Of a DNA stretch of 64,000 bases, positions 14,147 through 25,540 are shown piece by piece. The notes beneath the pieces are model-generated. The model was not told the origin of the DNA, did no database searches, and saw only the letters and a list, made by a program, of their open reading frames with translations. The position numbers were made by a program, and so were the translations under genes. The first letter of the stretch is position 1. Each line of letters begins with the position of its first letter. The stretch is from the human T2T-CHM13v2.0 reference genome, Homo sapiens: NCBI RefSeq assembly GCF_009914755.1, contig NC_060944.1; one strand, written 5' to 3'.

Positions 14147-16468
14147 ATTTTGTGTTGATTCTTTTTTCAACTTTACTAAAGCATAATTAATAAAAATTTG
14201 TATATTTAAAGTATATACAACATGTTTTGATACACAAATACATTATAAAATGATTACCACAAACAAGTGAATTAATATATCACCTCATATAGTTCCTTTA
14301 TGCGTGAGTTGTGAACACTTGAGATCTACTCTCTTAGCAAATTTCAAGTTTATAATATAGTATTATTAATTATAGTGACCATGCTGACATCTCCCGAACT
14401 CATTCATTCGGCATAACTGAAACTTTTGATCCACTGACAAACATCATCCCATCTCCCCCTACCCCAACCACAGCCCCTGGGAACCACCATTCTACAATCT
14501 GCTTCTAGGAGTTGGACTTTTTTAGATTCCACATATAAGTGACACCACACAGTATTTATCTTTCTGAGCTTGGCTTCTTTCATTTGGAAAAATGGTTCAT
14601 TCATGTTGTTGCAAATGACAGAATTTCCTTCATTTTTTAAAGGCTGAATAACACTCCACTGGAGATATGTACCACATTTCCTTTATCCATTCATCTGTCA
14701 ATAGACATTTAAGTTGCTTTCATATCCTGGCTATTGTGAATGCTGCTGCACTGAACATGGGAGTGCAGATATTTCTTCAACATACTGATTTCAGTTCCTT
14801 TGGATATATACCCAGAAGTGGGATTGCTGGGTCATATGGTAGTTCTATTTTTAACTTTTTGAGAAACCTCCATACTGTTTTCCATAATGGCTGCAGCAAT
14901 TTACCTTCCCACCAAAAGTGTAGTACACGGGGATGAAGATGTGTAGGAAAAATGGTATGACTAGCACACCCAGTACCCAACCATTCACTAACCCACACAC
15001 TCATGTGCAATATTTGAAAACAGAATTAAAAATCGATTCATGGCTGTAACATTTATTCCTACTATCATACCTCAGGCAGATAGTTAAATGTATATAACAT
15101 TACATAACATTGATATATGTGCTAAAGACCAAGCAAATTCGATACCGTCAGAAAGCTTAAAAGATAAGGCACTCATGTCTCTTTTACTGTAGTTTCAAAG
15201 AACATAACACTTTTTTCTTTATTGCAAGCTGGTTTTGTATTTCATCCTTTCTGAATTTTTTGAAGTTTATATTTCAATACTTCCTTCCCTCCACATTTTC
15301 TAGTTTGTGTTTTTCCAGGTTCTGGTTATGCTTTCATTATTTATTTTCCCATCTTGGCAACACTTCATGTGAATTTGACCTTTACATTTACCTTTATACC
15401 ATCTTTGATTTGAGTAGTCTCTATTGTGTTGATTCTTTTTTTCCAGCTTTACTAAAGTATAATTAATAAAAATTTATATATTTAAAGTATATACAACATA
15501 ATGTTTTGATATACATACTGTTTTAATATACATATTGATCCTTATCAATATGTTTTTAACCTATGTCTTTGGGGATGTGTTGGTTGTGATGTCAAATCTC
15601 ATTCTAGTTTTTTCTGTCAGAGGCCTCAAATAAGGAAGAATCACTATTTTGGTAATTGGTGATCACAGAGGGAATGGAATAATAAATGGGCATTATATAT
15701 CGCAATCTAGGCAATATATAATGAATTCAAATAAAAGTCAGGAGAATTTTTTTTTTTTTTTTTTTACGTATACAAGAGTTCTCTTTCCTCCACATCCTTG
15801 CCTACACGTATCTTTTGTCTTTTTGGTGAAAGCCATCCTAACAGGTGTGAGGTAATTATCTCACTGTGATCTTAATTTGCATTTCCCTGGTGATCCTGAG
15901 CATTTTTCATACATAGCAGTTCCCTCTTATTTAAAGGGGATACATTCCAAGACCCCCTCAGTGGATGACTGAAACTGTGGATAGTACCAAACCCTATATA
16001 CACTATGGTTTTTGCAATACATACATACCTATGAAAAAATTTTAATTTATAAATTAGGCAGAGTAAGAGATTAGCAATAACTGCTAATAATGAAATAGAA
16101 CAATTATAACAATATGACATTCTTGTGCTTTGGGGCTATTATGTAAAATAAAGATTACCTGAACACAAGCACTGTGATATCACAACAGTCCACCTAATAA
16201 CAGATATGGCCACTAAGTGACTAATGGCTGGGTAGCAGATACCACGTGGATCCACTGGACAAAGCAATGATCCATGTCCCGGGCAGGATGGGCCAGGACA
16301 GCTCAAGGTTTCATCATGCTACTCAGAATGGGGTGCAATGTAAAGCTCTGATTTCTAGAATCTTCCATTTAATATTTTTGGACCACCACTGACTGTGGTA
16401 ACTGATATCAGAAAGTGAAACTGAGGATAAAGTGGGGCTACTGTACTATTAGCCAACTGTATATCTGT
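14147..16468 (-). mobile_element. L1MA-type 3' end (pieces 14147-14922, 15767-15911, 16446-16468) with two internal insertions
   Basis: L1MA 3' UTR and ORF2 C-terminus ([34 protein letters not shown] 14777..15010). TSD aaggctacttta at 14132-14143 and 16469-16480. Confidence 0.85.
15912..16443. mobile_element. MER44-family (Tigger7-derived) DNA transposon nested in the L1MA
   Basis: ggatacattccaagacccc..gtggatagtaccaaaccctatata..aatttataaattaggca. Terminal ggggctactg followed by TA. Confidence 0.85.
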
Positions 16469-17741
16469 AAGGCTACTTTAATAGCCCACCTAGCCACACT
16501 GACAGAAAATGACCACCATGTGTGATATTATCTCTAGGAAGGGCTCCAACATTTTTACAGGAAACTCTCTTGGTAAATAATGAACATAGTATTGGAAGTT
16601 CTGGCCAGGGCAATCGGGCAAGATAAAGAAATAAAGGGTATTCAAATAGGAAGTCAAATTATCTGTTTGCAGATGACATGATTGTATATTTAGAAAACCT
16701 GATCTTATCAGCCCAAAAACTCTTTAAGCTGGTAAGACACTTCAGCAAAGTCTCAGGATACAAAATCAATGTGCAAAAATCACAAGCATTCCTATACACC
16801 AATAATAGACAAGCAGGGAGCCAAATCGTGAGTGAACTCCCATTCACAACTGCTACGAAGAGAATAAAATACCTAGGGATACAACTTACAAGGGATGTGA
16901 AGGACCTCTTCAAGGGTAACTACAAACCACTGCTCAAGGAAATAAGAGAGGACACAAACAAATGGAAAAACATTCCATGCTCATGGATAGGAAGAATCAA
17001 TATCATGAAAATGGCCATACTGCCCAAAGTAATTTATAGATTCAATGCTATTCCCGTCAAGCTACCATTGACTTTCCTCACAGAATTAGAAAAGACTACT
17101 TTAAATTTCATATGGAACCAAAAAAGAGCCCATATAGCCAAGACAATCCTAAGCAAAAAGAACAAAGCTGGAGGCATCACGATACCTGACTTCAAACTCT
17201 ACTACAAGGATATAGTAACCAAAACAGCATGGTACTGGTACCAAAACAGATACATAGACCAATGGAACAAAACAGAGGCCTCAGAAATAACATCACACAT
17301 CAACAACCATCTGATCTTTGACAAATCTGACAAAAACAAGCAATGGGGAAAGGATTCCCTATTTAGTAAATGGTGATGTGAAAACTGGCTAGCCATATGC
17401 AGAAAACTGAAACTGGACCCCTTCTTTACACCTTATACAAAAATTAACTCAAGACATATTAAAGATTTAAACATAAGACCTAAAACCATAAAAACCCTAG
17501 AAAAAAACCTAGGCAACACCATTCAGGACATAGGCATGGGCAAAAACTTCATGACCTAAACACCAAAAGCAATGGCAACAAAAGCCAAAATTGACAAATG
17601 GGATCTAATTAAACTAAAGAGTTTCTGCACACCAAAAGAAACTATCATTGGAGTGAACAGGCAACCTACAGAAAGGGAGAAAAATTTTGCAATCTAACCA
17701 TCAAAGGGCTAATATCCAGAATCTACAAGGAACTTAAACCA

Positions 17742-18033
17742 TTTTTTTTTTTTAGACGGAGTCATGCTCTGTCACCCAGGCTAGAGTGCAGTGGTGCGAT
17801 CTTGACTTGCTGCAATCTCCGCCTCCCAGGTTCAAGCGATTCTCCTGCCTCAGCCTCCTGAGTAGCTGGGACTACAGGCATGTGCCACCACACCCAGCTA
17901 GTTTTTTTTTATTTTTATTAGAGGCGGGGTTTCACTGTGCTAACCAGGATGGTCTCGATCTCTTGACCTGATGATCTGTCTGCCCCGGCCTCCTAAAGTG
18001 TCGGGATTACAGGCGTGAGCTACCAAGCCCGGC
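17742..18033 (-). mobile_element. AluS (Sc-like) inserted in L1PA
   Basis: Reverse Alu. TSD aggaacttaaac at 17728-17739 and 18034-18045. Confidence 0.92.
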
Positions 18034-18063
18034 AGGAACTTAAACAAATTTATAAGAAAAAAC

Positions 18064-18630
18064 CACTGGGTATATACCCAAAGGATTATAAATCATGCTG
18101 CTATAAAGACACATGCACACGTGTGTTTATAGCGGCACTATTCACAATAGCAAAGACTTGGAACCAACCCAAATGCCTATCAATGACAGACTGGATTAAG
18201 AAAATGTGGCACATATACACCATGGAATACTATGCAGCCATAAAAAAGGATGAGTTCATGTCCTTTGTAGGAACATGGATGAAGCTGGAAACCATCATTC
18301 TCAGCAAACTATCGCAAGGACAAAAAACCAAACACTGCATGTTCTCACTCATAGGTGAGAACTGAACAATGAGAACACTTGGACACAGGAAGGGGAACAT
18401 CACACACCACGGCCTGTCGTGGGGCGGGGGGAGCGGGGAGGGATAGCATTAGGAGATATATCTAATGTAAATGACGAGTTAATGGGTGCAGCACACCAAC
18501 ATGACACATGTATACATATGTAACAAACCTGCACATTATGCACATGTACCCTAGAACTTAAAGTATAATAATAAAAATAAAATAAAATTAAAAATAAATT
18601 AAAAAATAAAACTGTATATGGTAAAAAAAA
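18064..18630 (+). mobile_element. Younger L1PA (PA4/PA5-like) 3' end nested in the host L1PA
   Basis: Second L1 3' UTR with aaactatcgcaaggacaaaaaacc. TSD aagaaaaaac at 18054-18063 and 18629-18638. The host L1 resumes afterwards. Confidence 0.9.
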
Positions 18631-18829
18631 GAAAAAACAAACAAACAAACAACCCCATATGAAAGTGGGTGAAGGTTATAAACAGATACTTCTCAAAAGA
18701 AGACTTATGTGGCCAACAAACATATGAAAAAAAGCTCATCATCACTGGTCATTAGAGAAATGCAAATCAAAACCACAATGAGATACCACCTCACACCAGT
18801 TAGAATCATTAAAAAGTCAGGAAACAATA

Positions 18830-19044
18830 GGCCGGGCACGGTGGCTCACACCTGTAATCCCAGCACTTTGGGAGGCCCAGGCAAGAGGATCACGAGATCA
18901 GGAGATTGAGACCATCCTGGCTAACACGGTGAAACTCCATCTCTACTAAAAACATAAAAAAAATAGCTGGGCATGGTGGCGGGTGCCTGTAGTCCCAGCT
19001 ACTGGGTGACAGAGCAAGACTCTGTCTCAAAAAAAAAAAAAAAA
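18830..19044 (+). mobile_element. AluY/Sc-like element with internal right-arm deletion
   Basis: Deletion junction cccagctact|gggtgacag. TSD aaaaagtcaggaaacaa. Confidence 0.9.
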
Positions 19045-19917
19045 GTCAGGAAACAACAGATGCTGGAGAGGATGTGGAGAAATAGGAATGCTTTTACACT
19101 GTTGGTGGGAGTGTAAATTAGTTCAACCGTTGTGGAAGACAGGGTGGCGATTCCTCAAGGATCTAGAACTAGAAATACCATTTGACCCAGCAATCCCATT
19201 CATTACTGGGAATATACCCAAAGGATTATAAATCATGCTGCTATAAAGACACATGCACATGTATGTTTATTGCAGCACTATTTACCATAGCAAAGACTTG
19301 GAACCAACCCAAATGCCCATCAATAATAGACTAGATAAAGAAAATGTGGCATATATATACCATGGAATACTGTGCAGCCACAAAAAAGAGTAAGTTCGTG
19401 TCCTTTGCAGGGATATGGATGAAGCTGGAAACCATCATTCTCAGCAGACTAACACAGAAACAGAAAACCAAACACTGCATATTCTCACTCATAAGTGGGA
19501 GCTGAACAATGAGAACATATGGACACAGCGAGGGGAATATCACATACTGGGGCCTGTCAGGGGGTGGGGGGCAAGGGGAGGGATAGCATTAGGAGAAATA
19601 CCTAATGTAGGTGACAGGTTGATGGGTGCAGCAAACCACCATGGCACATGTATACCTATGTAACAAACTTGCACGTTCTACACATGTATCCCAGAACTTA
19701 AGTATAATTTAAAAAAATGAGTATTTCAATAAAGAAGTATGATTTCCCTTCTTGTATCTTGTAATTTTTTTGAAAGATGATGTGAATGGTTAAAATACAT
19801 TTGAAAATTCTTTGAGATTATCCTAAATTTTTTCAGAAATAATGAAGTATGAAAAGTTGTCATAATTATTTACGATAAAGCCACAGTTGAACAAATTCAA
19901 CATTTTTCTTCTTCTAC

Positions 19918-20056
19918 TTTTTTTTTTCTTTTTAAGAGATGGGGTCTTGTTATGCTGCCCAGGCTGAACTCAAACTCCTGATCTCAAGTGATTCTCCCAC
20001 CTTGGCTTCCTGAGTCTCCTATAGCTGTGACTATACATACGCCACCATGCCTGGCC
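19918..20056 (-). mobile_element. FLAM-type Alu monomer
   Basis: ~140-bp reverse monomer flanked by tcttcttct repeats. Confidence 0.8.
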
Positions 20057-20473
20057 TCTTCTTCTCTTTTACCTTTCTTCTCTTTTGCTCCTGTCTCTTT
20101 TCACTTCTCTTTGTTTTCTAATTTATCTTTATAAGAAAAAGTTAGTGTGTGAAAGCGCCAACATGAAATACCAGCTACAGGAAGTATTTTAAACAATTTA
20201 ATTTAAAACCAAGGGCTTGAAGTTTGAATTTACCCTGCAAAGAAGAAATAAGTGAAAAAGTAATCTCATATCAAACAAGATTTAGGTTGTTGGATGGCAA
20301 CACTGATTTCGACACCAATGCTTAGCAAATAGTAAAGCTAATTTTATTTATACCATTTGAAGGGGCAAAGATAACTCTGAATATATAACAGCTTATAGAG
20401 CACAAATGGAAAAGGCCCTTTAACTTTAAATGTATAACAGTATTCTCTCAAAAAGGCATTAAGATATTGCTTT

Positions 20474-20794
20474 GGCCATGTGCAGTGGCTCACACCTGTA
20501 ATCCTAACATTTTGGAGGCTGAGGCAGGAGGATCATTTAAGGCTAGGAGTTTGAGACCAATCTGGGCAACATGGAGGGACTCCAATCTCTACAAAAAATT
20601 TAAAAATCAGCCAGGCATAATGGCGTGTACCTGCAGTCCTAACTACTCAGGAGGCTGAGGTGGGAGGATCACTTGAGCTCAGGAGTTTGAGGTTACAGTG
20701 AGCTAGGCATGACAGCACCAGTGCGCTTCAGCCTGGGCAGAGAATGAATGGGACCCTATCTCTTGAAAAACAACAACAAAAAAAGAAAAGAAAA
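20474..20794 (+). mobile_element. AluJ
   Basis: Diverged dimer with gggaggatcacttgagctcaggag. TSD aagatattgcttt / aagatactgcctt. Confidence 0.88.
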
Positions 20795-21393
20795 GATACT
20801 GCCTTAGTAGTAGAGGTAAATGTAGAGAGTAAAAATAATTTTTTTGTAGCCCTTACTGATCATTTAGTCCACTTCTAATTTTTTATTACAAAAATTCTGC
20901 CAAAGTATTCTGGCATGTTATTAAGAGAATACATATTTACTTCTAGTTAAGACTTTACTGTTCTAACATTTTAAGAAAATATTTTCTATGAGACTTATAA
21001 TAACCAAGACTTAATTTAAAAACAAAAAAAAACTTACTGCTAATGTACATTTTAAAACTCTCTATTTTAGACATTTATGTCTGTGTCACCATTTACTGGA
21101 AAATGCTAATAATATTCTAAGAGACAAGTCCTGCTTCTGACTGTGTAAATGTGCTGAAATATTAGTGAGGATATGATTTCTCACACTTTGGCCTTTTGAT
21201 GAAACGCCTTTCCAAAACCAGTGTGTCATCTTATCCTACAATTTCACACATCAGCTGCCAGGGTATCTACCCTGAGAGCCCAGTTTCACATTGCACTAAT
21301 GAGTCAACACCTGTTAAGAGTGGAGAAATCTGAACCTTGTTAGCGATTGTGAAGCCTCTTGGGAGCTGGGATGCTGAGCATTGTCATACTCAC

Positions 21394-21522
21394 CGTCAAA
21401 ATGTCTGTGCTAAGGACCCTGGCAGCGGCCGTGATGAAGTCCCCCACCAGCATTGAGAAGCCAGGAAAACCCAGGGAGAAAAAGCGGGGTGGACAGTGCC
21501 TTATGATCGTATTTAAGATATC
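21394..21522 (-). CDS. RALGAPA2: RALGAPA2 coding exon (129 nt): [43 protein letters not shown]
   Basis: Acceptor tcttcccttttag|, donor ACG|gtgagt. Phase 0-0. Follows a 24.6-kb intron (21523-46142). Confidence 0.96.
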
Positions 21523-22435
21523 CTAAAAGGGAAGATAAGAAAAAACACAATCGTAATGTTCAAACACAAAATTCCAAAGTAGTGTTTGTAGTGGTACATA
21601 TGACCACTGTATAATAATCCAAGAGAGCACAGATTACAGAAAATTTTCAGTGAAAGGGATATTGGAAACAGAGTTACTCCAAGGATTACTGTACCCATTT
21701 TAAAGGTAAGATTGGAGACCCCAAGCTGTAAGATGAATTATCCAAAATCTAAATCATGGCTCTGAGACTAGACATTTCATCTGTCTTCCGTGTAAAGGTA
21801 GGCTCCTTGGACAAGCTACAGGAGTAATGAGGTAAATATGTAATTAAAACCTTCAAATATCTATCACTAAAACAAATGTCCTGTCTTTAGCTTTCAATTG
21901 GCCACAGTTAAAGCACAGTTACATTAAAATATCTTAAAGTAGGCAAAGACATGGAAAATTTCACTCTTCAGATAGTTTTACGTGTTCAGAAATGGGAATA
22001 TGCAGAGTGCTAAGGTGACGTTGTAATCAGTGAAATGCTAAGGTCAGGGAAACAGCATGGCTCTGAGTATATGTGTGATCTCAGTGCAAGTACAAAGTGC
22101 AACAGTAGCCTTTTGCACAGAGTGCAGTGTGAAGAGCATCATCTGCCCCAGACATCTTGTGTTCCTGTGTGTGTAATGGCCTCTCATTGATGGCTGGATG
22201 GCCCCTCACCCCCCAGCTCTGGTCTGAAGCAGATATCTAATTCTTGCCTGTGGCAGATCAGGGGTCCACCACTGGACAGCATTCATGCCATCCATGGCCA
22301 GGCCACATCTCTGAAGCCATCTGTGCAAGCGTGTTTGTGTGTGTGTGTGTGTAACAGGAATTAGTAAGAAAACCACAAACCACAAACTTATGCAGCTGTT
22401 GGCCATGTACATTAATCAAAACACACACTGAAGTA

Positions 22436-22744
22436 CAGTCGTGTCGCTTTATGATGAGGATACATTCTAAGAAATGTGCTGTTAGGCAATCTATGATCAT
22501 CTTGTGAACATCATAGAGTGACTTACACAAACCTAGATGGTAGATGCCTACTACACATCCAGGATACAAATGTGCACAACATGTTACTATACCGAATAGT
22601 GTAGGCAATTGTAACACAATGGAAATTGTCTGCATATCAAACCACATCTAGCACAGAAAAGGTTCAGTAAAAACACAGCACTATAATCTTATAGGACCAC
22701 CATCATATATGTGGTCTGCCACTGACTGAAATGTTACATGACTA
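22436..22744. mobile_element. Tigger3/MER7-family remnant, opposite orientation to the copy at 4173
   Basis: TA-cagtcgtg...catgacta-TA termini. Internal aacatcatagagtgacttacacaaacctagatgg. Confidence 0.75.
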
Positions 22745-22815
22745 TACTATAGTAACGTGACTTATAGTTATACAACCTATTATAGTCTCAATATAAGAGT
22801 AAGAAGCAAAATCTC

Positions 22816-22840
22816 CACACACACACACACACACACACAC
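22816..22840 (+). repeat. (CA)n microsatellite
   Basis: About 12 CA units read directly. Confidence 0.95.
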
Positions 22841-24676
22841 AAAATCCTAGTTTCTTTTCTTAGATTTCAGTATGGTTATCTAAAAAATCCTTAAAAATAA
22901 TCCTGATTTAATTCTATCAGTATCACATTAGAGCAAAGCAGTAGTAACATGCTAAATTCTAACATGTTCAGTCTGTCATAATAAAAATTACCTCATTTAA
23001 CAACTTATCTTCCTAAAAAACTTTGTATGTGTTCACAAACCATTTTTCCTAAGACTTTTTTTTCTTTACATGGGTCTTAGTTTCTACAAATCTTGATATT
23101 TACATTCTTAAAATTACTGTATAATGCTTAATTCAGTAGAGTTCACATATGGTAAATAGTTTAGCAAGTACTAATTTAAAGTTTTAGCATTTCAGCAGAC
23201 TTTTTTCCTACATCAGAAATAAACAGATAAATAGATAAGTGAAAAAGGAAGGAAGGAAGAAAAAAAAACATGAACCATGCTTCTTCCAGGTTAATGTTTA
23301 AGCCTGCTTTAATCACGTCCTTTGATACACTTTAAGGTCCATATCAGTCAAGGCAAACATTCTAAGGGACCGAGCAGATGGATGCTGCAGTTTAGAAAGT
23401 GTGTGGTAAACTCAGGATCCAAGAGTGGAACAAAAGATCCACCTTTTTCATAATTAAGCCTCTGATTAATGCCCTAGGCTCCTCAGCACACACCTGTAAT
23501 TACTCACAGAGGTACTCATTGTGCTGGGACTTGTCTCGGAATATCAGGCATCAAGCTATCCGGCAGCAGATGGAAGCACATTTCTGTTGACATATGTTGC
23601 AATGAAAGGATTCGTGCAAACCTGGCTAGCAAGGTAGCAGAATGCCATGCATTTGAAGATTAATAATGCAAACAACCATGATGTTAACTTTGTTATGCTT
23701 GTGTTAATTCCATCTGTTGAGATGTGGAACTAAACCTTGAAGCTTGTGGGCTTTAAAAATCTTTAGCACATACTTGAATCAAATAAGCCCCTTTTCACCA
23801 CTGGAATTTAGAGTTTTAATTAAAAAATGCTTTTCTAGGCTAAATTTATGGGAATTATGAACTAAATCCTTTAACAAGCTAATACCACAATTTGTAAATG
23901 AATCCATTTTGCATTGTAAGATTTGTATGTGTAAAGGCAACAATCTGTAAAATGGGGCATTCAAAAAATATGACTAAGTTGCTATACTGATGCTAAAGAC
24001 AGCAGATAGGCATGTAGCTGAGATAAAGTCACATGGCTCCCTCACCCCCTGGACCTCAGCCAATCACTTCAACGGAACCTGCTACTATGAGCAAGAAGGT
24101 TGGAAAGAGAGGGCAAAATAACAGATGGCTAGCCTACCCTACCCTGCCACCCACGTAAGACAGCGCCCTGAGGAGACACAGCGCCTGTGTGAAGTCGCCA
24201 AAGACAGCACTGGGGGAGGGTAAATGGGGGGGTTAAAGAGGGAACTATATGACCAGTCAGCCAAATTATGGCCATATGCCTGCTTCCGTTGCTTCTCCAC
24301 ACTGAAGTGGAACAACTCGAAGACTGTATCTTTGTGATAACATTTTAAAATTAGGAATAACCACGTGGTACTCAAAGAAGAGCCGCTGCATATTCTCAAT
24401 AGTGGGACATCCACAAAATGCCCCACTCATTTCTAACTCAGTAGAATCCTTCTTTCACCATCCCCACCATACATTAAGACACAGCTATAACAGAAGTCTT
24501 TGAAAAATATAATAAAAATCTGAAACCTTCCTCACAGCCTCCAGGGCTTTATATATACATGGGAAAGAATGATGCTCTCAGACATGAGTCATTCATGTGC
24601 AATCCTCATACCTTTTGCCATCTCCCTGTCCAAAGTGAACATTACTTGCCTAACAGGTTTTTCAAAGTGACTCATG

Positions 24677-24970
24677 TTTTAATTTTTTTATTTCCATAGG
24701 TTTTTGGGGAACAGGCGCTATTTGGTCAGATGAGTAAGTTCTTTAGTGGTGATTTGTGAGATTTTGATGCACCCATCACCCAAGCAGTAAGCACTATACC
24801 CAATTTGTAGTCTTTTATCCCTCATCCCCTTCCACCCTTTCCCCCAAGTCCCCAAAGTCCACTGTATTATTCTTATGCCTCTGCGTACTCAGAACTTAGC
24901 TCCCACTTATGAGTGAGAACATACAATGTTTGGTTTTCCATTCCCGAGTTACTTCGCTTAGAATAATGGC
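24677..24970 (-). mobile_element. L1PB-like 3' end
   Basis: tttccataggtttttggggaacagg..gagtaagttctttagtggtgatt..gctcccacttatgagtgagaacat. Confidence 0.85.
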
Positions 24971-25304
24971 CCAATTATTCTGAAAAATTTATGTGTATCC
25001 TTTCTCATAAGTAAAAAGTAACTCAAGTAATACAATGACAGTAATCAATGCTGCTAAATTTTTGCTAAAAATACCATCCTCTGATGAAGACTCTGGGTCT
25101 GAGAGCAGCTCTCCTTGTTGAATATAAGCACAGAATGCAATGTCAGGGTGGTGTGAAAGAATAACTTCTCTCAACTCCAGCTGGCCTACCTAACAGTATC
25201 ACAAGGACCTGCAGAGAGGAGGAAAGGGGCCATCCTTTCTACTGTGTGATTCAATGCTATTCAGCGCTGCCTCCACTGAGATGGCTAGTGAGAAACGGCC
25301 CTGC

Positions 25305-25540
25305 ACTCTGACGTGGTGAAAAGAACTCTAGAACTTGAGCCATGAGGCCTAGGTCCAAAGCCTTGTGTGACTGTGGGCAGATCATGTCATACCCAGAGCT
25401 TCATGCTTCTCTTCCGTAAAATGAAATGATACTCCCTTACGGAGCTGTATGTAATGGGATAGGAGATAAGAACATATGCCTTTGTAAAATGAAAAGAGCC
25501 ATAAAGAAGTAAGTAGAATAGCAAGTAAATAATTATTTTT
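25305..25540 (+). mobile_element. MIR SINE
   Basis: gtggtgaaaagaactct..tgtgtgactgtgggcag..cttctcttccgtaaaatg. Confidence 0.65.

Larger units (their letters stand above)
16583..19717 (+). mobile_element. 5'-truncated L1PA (L1PA7-like) ORF2 and 3' UTR, host to three younger insertions
   Basis: ORF 16678..17376 is L1 ORF2 ([13 protein letters not shown] motif, WYWYQNR). The 3' UTR ends cccagaacttaagtataa plus an A tail. Confidence 0.95.

Noticed and set aside
16678-17376. Longest ORF in the window (232 aa)
   Set aside because: L1 ORF2 reverse-transcriptase fragment in a truncated, interrupted L1PA. Not a gene.
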